A stretch of DNA of 64,000 nucleotides from Acidobacteriaceae bacterium (GTDB lineage Bacteria; Acidobacteriota; Terriglobia; Terriglobales; Acidobacteriaceae), in assembly GCA_003132445.1 (NCBI GenBank), contig PKXU01000152.1:32667-96666 (forward strand), in the 5' to 3' direction. Both the position numbers and the translations under genes were made by a program. This document shows, one piece after another, positions 62,030 through 64,000 of this stretch (the stretch's first letter is position 1; every line of letters starts with the position of its first letter). The notes under the pieces were generated by a model that made no database searches, was not told where the DNA came from, and saw only the letters and a program-made list of their open reading frames with translations.

Positions 62030-63370
62030 ATGGCTGATCGCACTTTGACCAAGCAACAGAAAGCCGTGAGATCTTCGGCCCCTGCGAAGAAAACTTCTCG
62101 TCTCGATGATTCCCAATTCCCATCTCCCGCAAAGAGCAAGAGAAATGAGGCGACCACAGTTTCAGGAGCGGTGTCTCCCGCTTCGGTATTGGGCAAGCAG
62201 TTTTTGAGCGACAAAGTTGGACACTTTACTGAATCCGTGATTCGCGAGATGACGCGGCAGGCGATGCTGCACGGCGCGGTGAATCTGGCGCAGGGGTTCC
62301 CCGATTTTTCTGCCCCGGCTGAGATCAAGCAGGCCGCGCAACAAGCGGTTGCGGGGGACGTGAATCAGTATGCGATCACCTGGGGCGCGAAGAGCCTGCG
62401 CAATGCGATTGCTCGGCAGATGGGCGTGTGGCAGGGGATTACGGTCGATCCAGAGAAAGAAATCACGGTGTGCTGCGGGTCGACCGAGGCCATGATCTCG
62501 ACTCTGCTGGCGGTGTGCAACACGGGTGATGAAGTTGTGATCTTCGAGCCGTTTTACGAAAATTACGGGCCGGACTCGGTGTTGAGCGGGGCAAAACCGA
62601 AGTTCGTGAAGTTGCGTCCGCCGACGGTTGACGGCGGCGAGTGGACGTTCGATGAGAAGGAATTACGGCGGGCTCTCGACAAACATACGAAAGCGATCAT
62701 CGTTAATACGCCGAACAACCCGACGGGCAAGGTTTTCACGCGACAAGAACTGGAGTTGATTCGCGACCTGTGCGTTGAGTTCGATGTGCTGGCGATTACG
62801 GATGAAATTTACGAACACATTCTTTACGACGGGACCAAGCATATTTCCATGGTCACACTCGAGGGAATGCGCGAGCGGACGGTCACGATCAACGGCATGT
62901 CGAAGACCTACAGCGTGACGGGATGGCGCGTGGGATGGGCGGTCGCACCTGAGAAGATTACGAACGCGATCCGTAAGGTGCATGATTTCTTGACGGTGGG
63001 AGCGCCCGCGCCGCTGCAGGAGGCTGGCGCTGCGGCGTTAAGTTTGCCTGCGGAGTACTATGCAAAACTGGCCGAGGGATATCGGGTGCGGCGCGATCAT
63101 TTGATGCCGGCGCTGAAGGCAGCAGGGTTCAAATGTTTCCGTCCGCGTGGCGCCTATTACGTGATGACGGATATTTCGGCGTTCGGATTTGAGGATGATG
63201 TTTCATTCGCCAAATATCTGGTGCAGGAAATTGGCGTGGCGTGCGTTCCGGGATCGAGTTTCTATCGCGACCCGCGCGATGGGGCGCGGCAGGTGCGGTT
63301 TGCATTCTGCAAGAAGCCGGAAACACTGGATGCGGCTGCGGAGAAGTTGGTGCGGCTGCGGGCGCGATGA
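62030..63370 (+). CDS. Class I/II PLP-dependent aminotransferase (aspartate/kynurenine/methionine aminotransferase-like)
   Basis: INLAQGFPDF, VVIFEPFYENY, NTPNNPTGKVF, MSKTYSVTGWRVGW (PLP lysine) and YYRD...RFAFCK. The first roughly 55 aa are low-complexity, so the start may be internal. Confidence 0.85.
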   Translation: MADRTLTKQQKAVRSSAPAKKTSRLDDSQFPSPAKSKRNEATTVSGAVSPASVLGKQFLSDKVGHFTESVIREMTRQAMLHGAVNLAQGFPDFSAPAEIKQAAQQAVAGDVNQYAITWGAKSLRNAIARQMGVWQGITVDPEKEITVCCGSTEAMISTLLAVCNTGDEVVIFEPFYENYGPDSVLSGAKPKFVKLRPPTVDGGEWTFDEKELRRALDKHTKAIIVNTPNNPTGKVFTRQELELIRDLCVEFDVLAITDEIYEHILYDGTKHISMVTLEGMRERTVTINGMSKTYSVTGWRVGWAVAPEKITNAIRKVHDFLTVGAPAPLQEAGAAALSLPAEYYAKLAEGYRVRRDHLMPALKAAGFKCFRPRGAYYVMTDISAFGFEDDVSFAKYLVQEIGVACVPGSSFYRDPRDGARQVRFAFCKKPETLDAAAEKLVRLRAR

Positions 63371-63396
63371 TGCTCGCGCTTGCCCGTCACGGCACA

Positions 63397-63460
63397 GTGG
63401 CTAAAGCCGGCGCACTCTCCTTGCTCTTGCGGCACGCCTGAAGGCATGCCCCGATACGCG
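63397..63460. repeat. REP-like bipartite element, family R3
   Basis: GTGGCTAAAGCCGG, a 20-nt spacer, then GGCACGCCTGAAGGCATGCC and CCGATACG. It aligns block by block with 13783-13848 inside moaA. Confidence 0.75.
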
Positions 63461-63571
63461 TCGCCCTTCAAACCGCACCACGACCGACCTGGTGATCAAG
63501 TGCCTTGTCCACAAAGATGTGGAGTATACTGCGAAGAAGTTTCAAAAATCCTGGCGGGGAAGAGTGCAATC

Positions 63572-63859
63572 ATGGCTTTGAATGCGGTAGAACAGGTGGC
63601 AGAGCAGGTTCCGACGGACGATTTTCAGCTGCTGGAAGAGAAAATTTATCGCACCATAGAACTATACAAAGCGGCACGAGCGGCGCAAGCCACGGCCGAA
63701 CGCGATGCGCAACGCCTGCGTCAGCAAATGGAAGATCGCGAAGAGGAACTGGTCACCCTGCGTCGGGAAACAGTGCGGCTAAAGAAAGAGCGGGAGGAAA
63801 TCCGCGGACGCGTTGAGAAAATGCTCGAACAGATCGAAAGCATTGCTGAGGCCAGCTAA
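63572..63859 (+). CDS. ZapB-like coiled-coil protein
   Basis: 95 aa. FQLLEEKIYRTIELYKAA... followed by a heptad-rich Glu/Arg coiled coil. The next ORF looks ZapA-like. The track ORF 63380.. starts inside a REP element. Confidence 0.5.
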   Translation: MALNAVEQVAEQVPTDDFQLLEEKIYRTIELYKAARAAQATAERDAQRLRQQMEDREEELVTLRRETVRLKKEREEIRGRVEKMLEQIESIAEAS

Positions 63860-63939
63860 GGGCAAGTGACTGCGCACGAGGAGAGGTAGCAAACTGCCTC
63901 TCTACACGGTACGGTACGACCCCACGGAGAAACAGATTA

Positions 63940-64000
63940 TGGCTACGGCGACCAAAGATCAGATGGTGAGAGACCCGCAGAACTCCAGCGTGCGGGTAGA
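63940..64000 (+). CDS. 5' end of a possible ZapA-like cell-division gene (truncated by the window edge)
   Basis: GGAGAAAC lies before the ATG. MATATKDQMVRDPQNSSVRV.... Only 20 codons are visible. Confidence 0.3.

Noticed and set aside
1-64000. tRNA, rRNA, tmRNA and RNase P RNA genes.
   Set aside because: I scanned for T-loop (GGTTCGAATCC-like), GGAAAGTCCGG and tmRNA terminal motifs and found none. A tRNAscan-SE or Infernal run would be the decisive check.

Overview
This is a 64-kb chromosomal segment, roughly 58-60% GC by eye. It is most consistent with an Acidobacteriota (Terriglobia-like) genome. That assignment is an inference from four things: a CarboxypepD_reg-type TonB-dependent receptor, a TIGR03436-like VWA protein, a YXWGXW-repeat protein, and very dense REP-like intergenic elements.

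I support about 50 protein-coding genes, mostly housekeeping:
- Central and cofactor metabolism: pfk; moaA; the etfB-etfA-ETF-QO electron-transfer cluster; threonine aldolase; homoserine dehydrogenase; a cysteine desulfurase-like enzyme; RNase HI; sucA; hydantoinase A; an aminotransferase.
- Purine nucleoside genes: an ADA2-like adenosine deaminase, purine nucleoside phosphorylase and a DUF62 SAM hydrolase-like protein.
- Phosphate block: phoB-phoR-phoU plus two paralogous secreted phosphoesterases, and a TAT-exported multicopper oxidase.
- Other secreted or signalling proteins: formamidase, prolyl oligopeptidase, and two GAF sensors (one next to a PilZ domain).

I recognised no rRNA, tRNA, CRISPR array, transposase or integrase.

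The non-standard content is mostly at the DNA level:
1. A family of long hairpins whose arms are heptanucleotide tandem repeats.
2. One such arm pair brackets a frameshifted four-helix-bundle (23S rRNA IVS/Avd-family) gene, inserted exactly between etfA and the ETF-QO gene.
3. REP-like elements sit in-frame inside moaA, hyuA and hom.
4. A discrete 76-nt conserved leader with a Pho-box-like direct repeat lies upstream of both phosphoesterase paralogs.
5. A lower-GC three-gene cassette (TIGR04255 protein plus two unknowns, the last apparently frameshifted) lies between hom and the desulfurase-like gene.

All product calls rest on motif recognition by eye. No database search was run.
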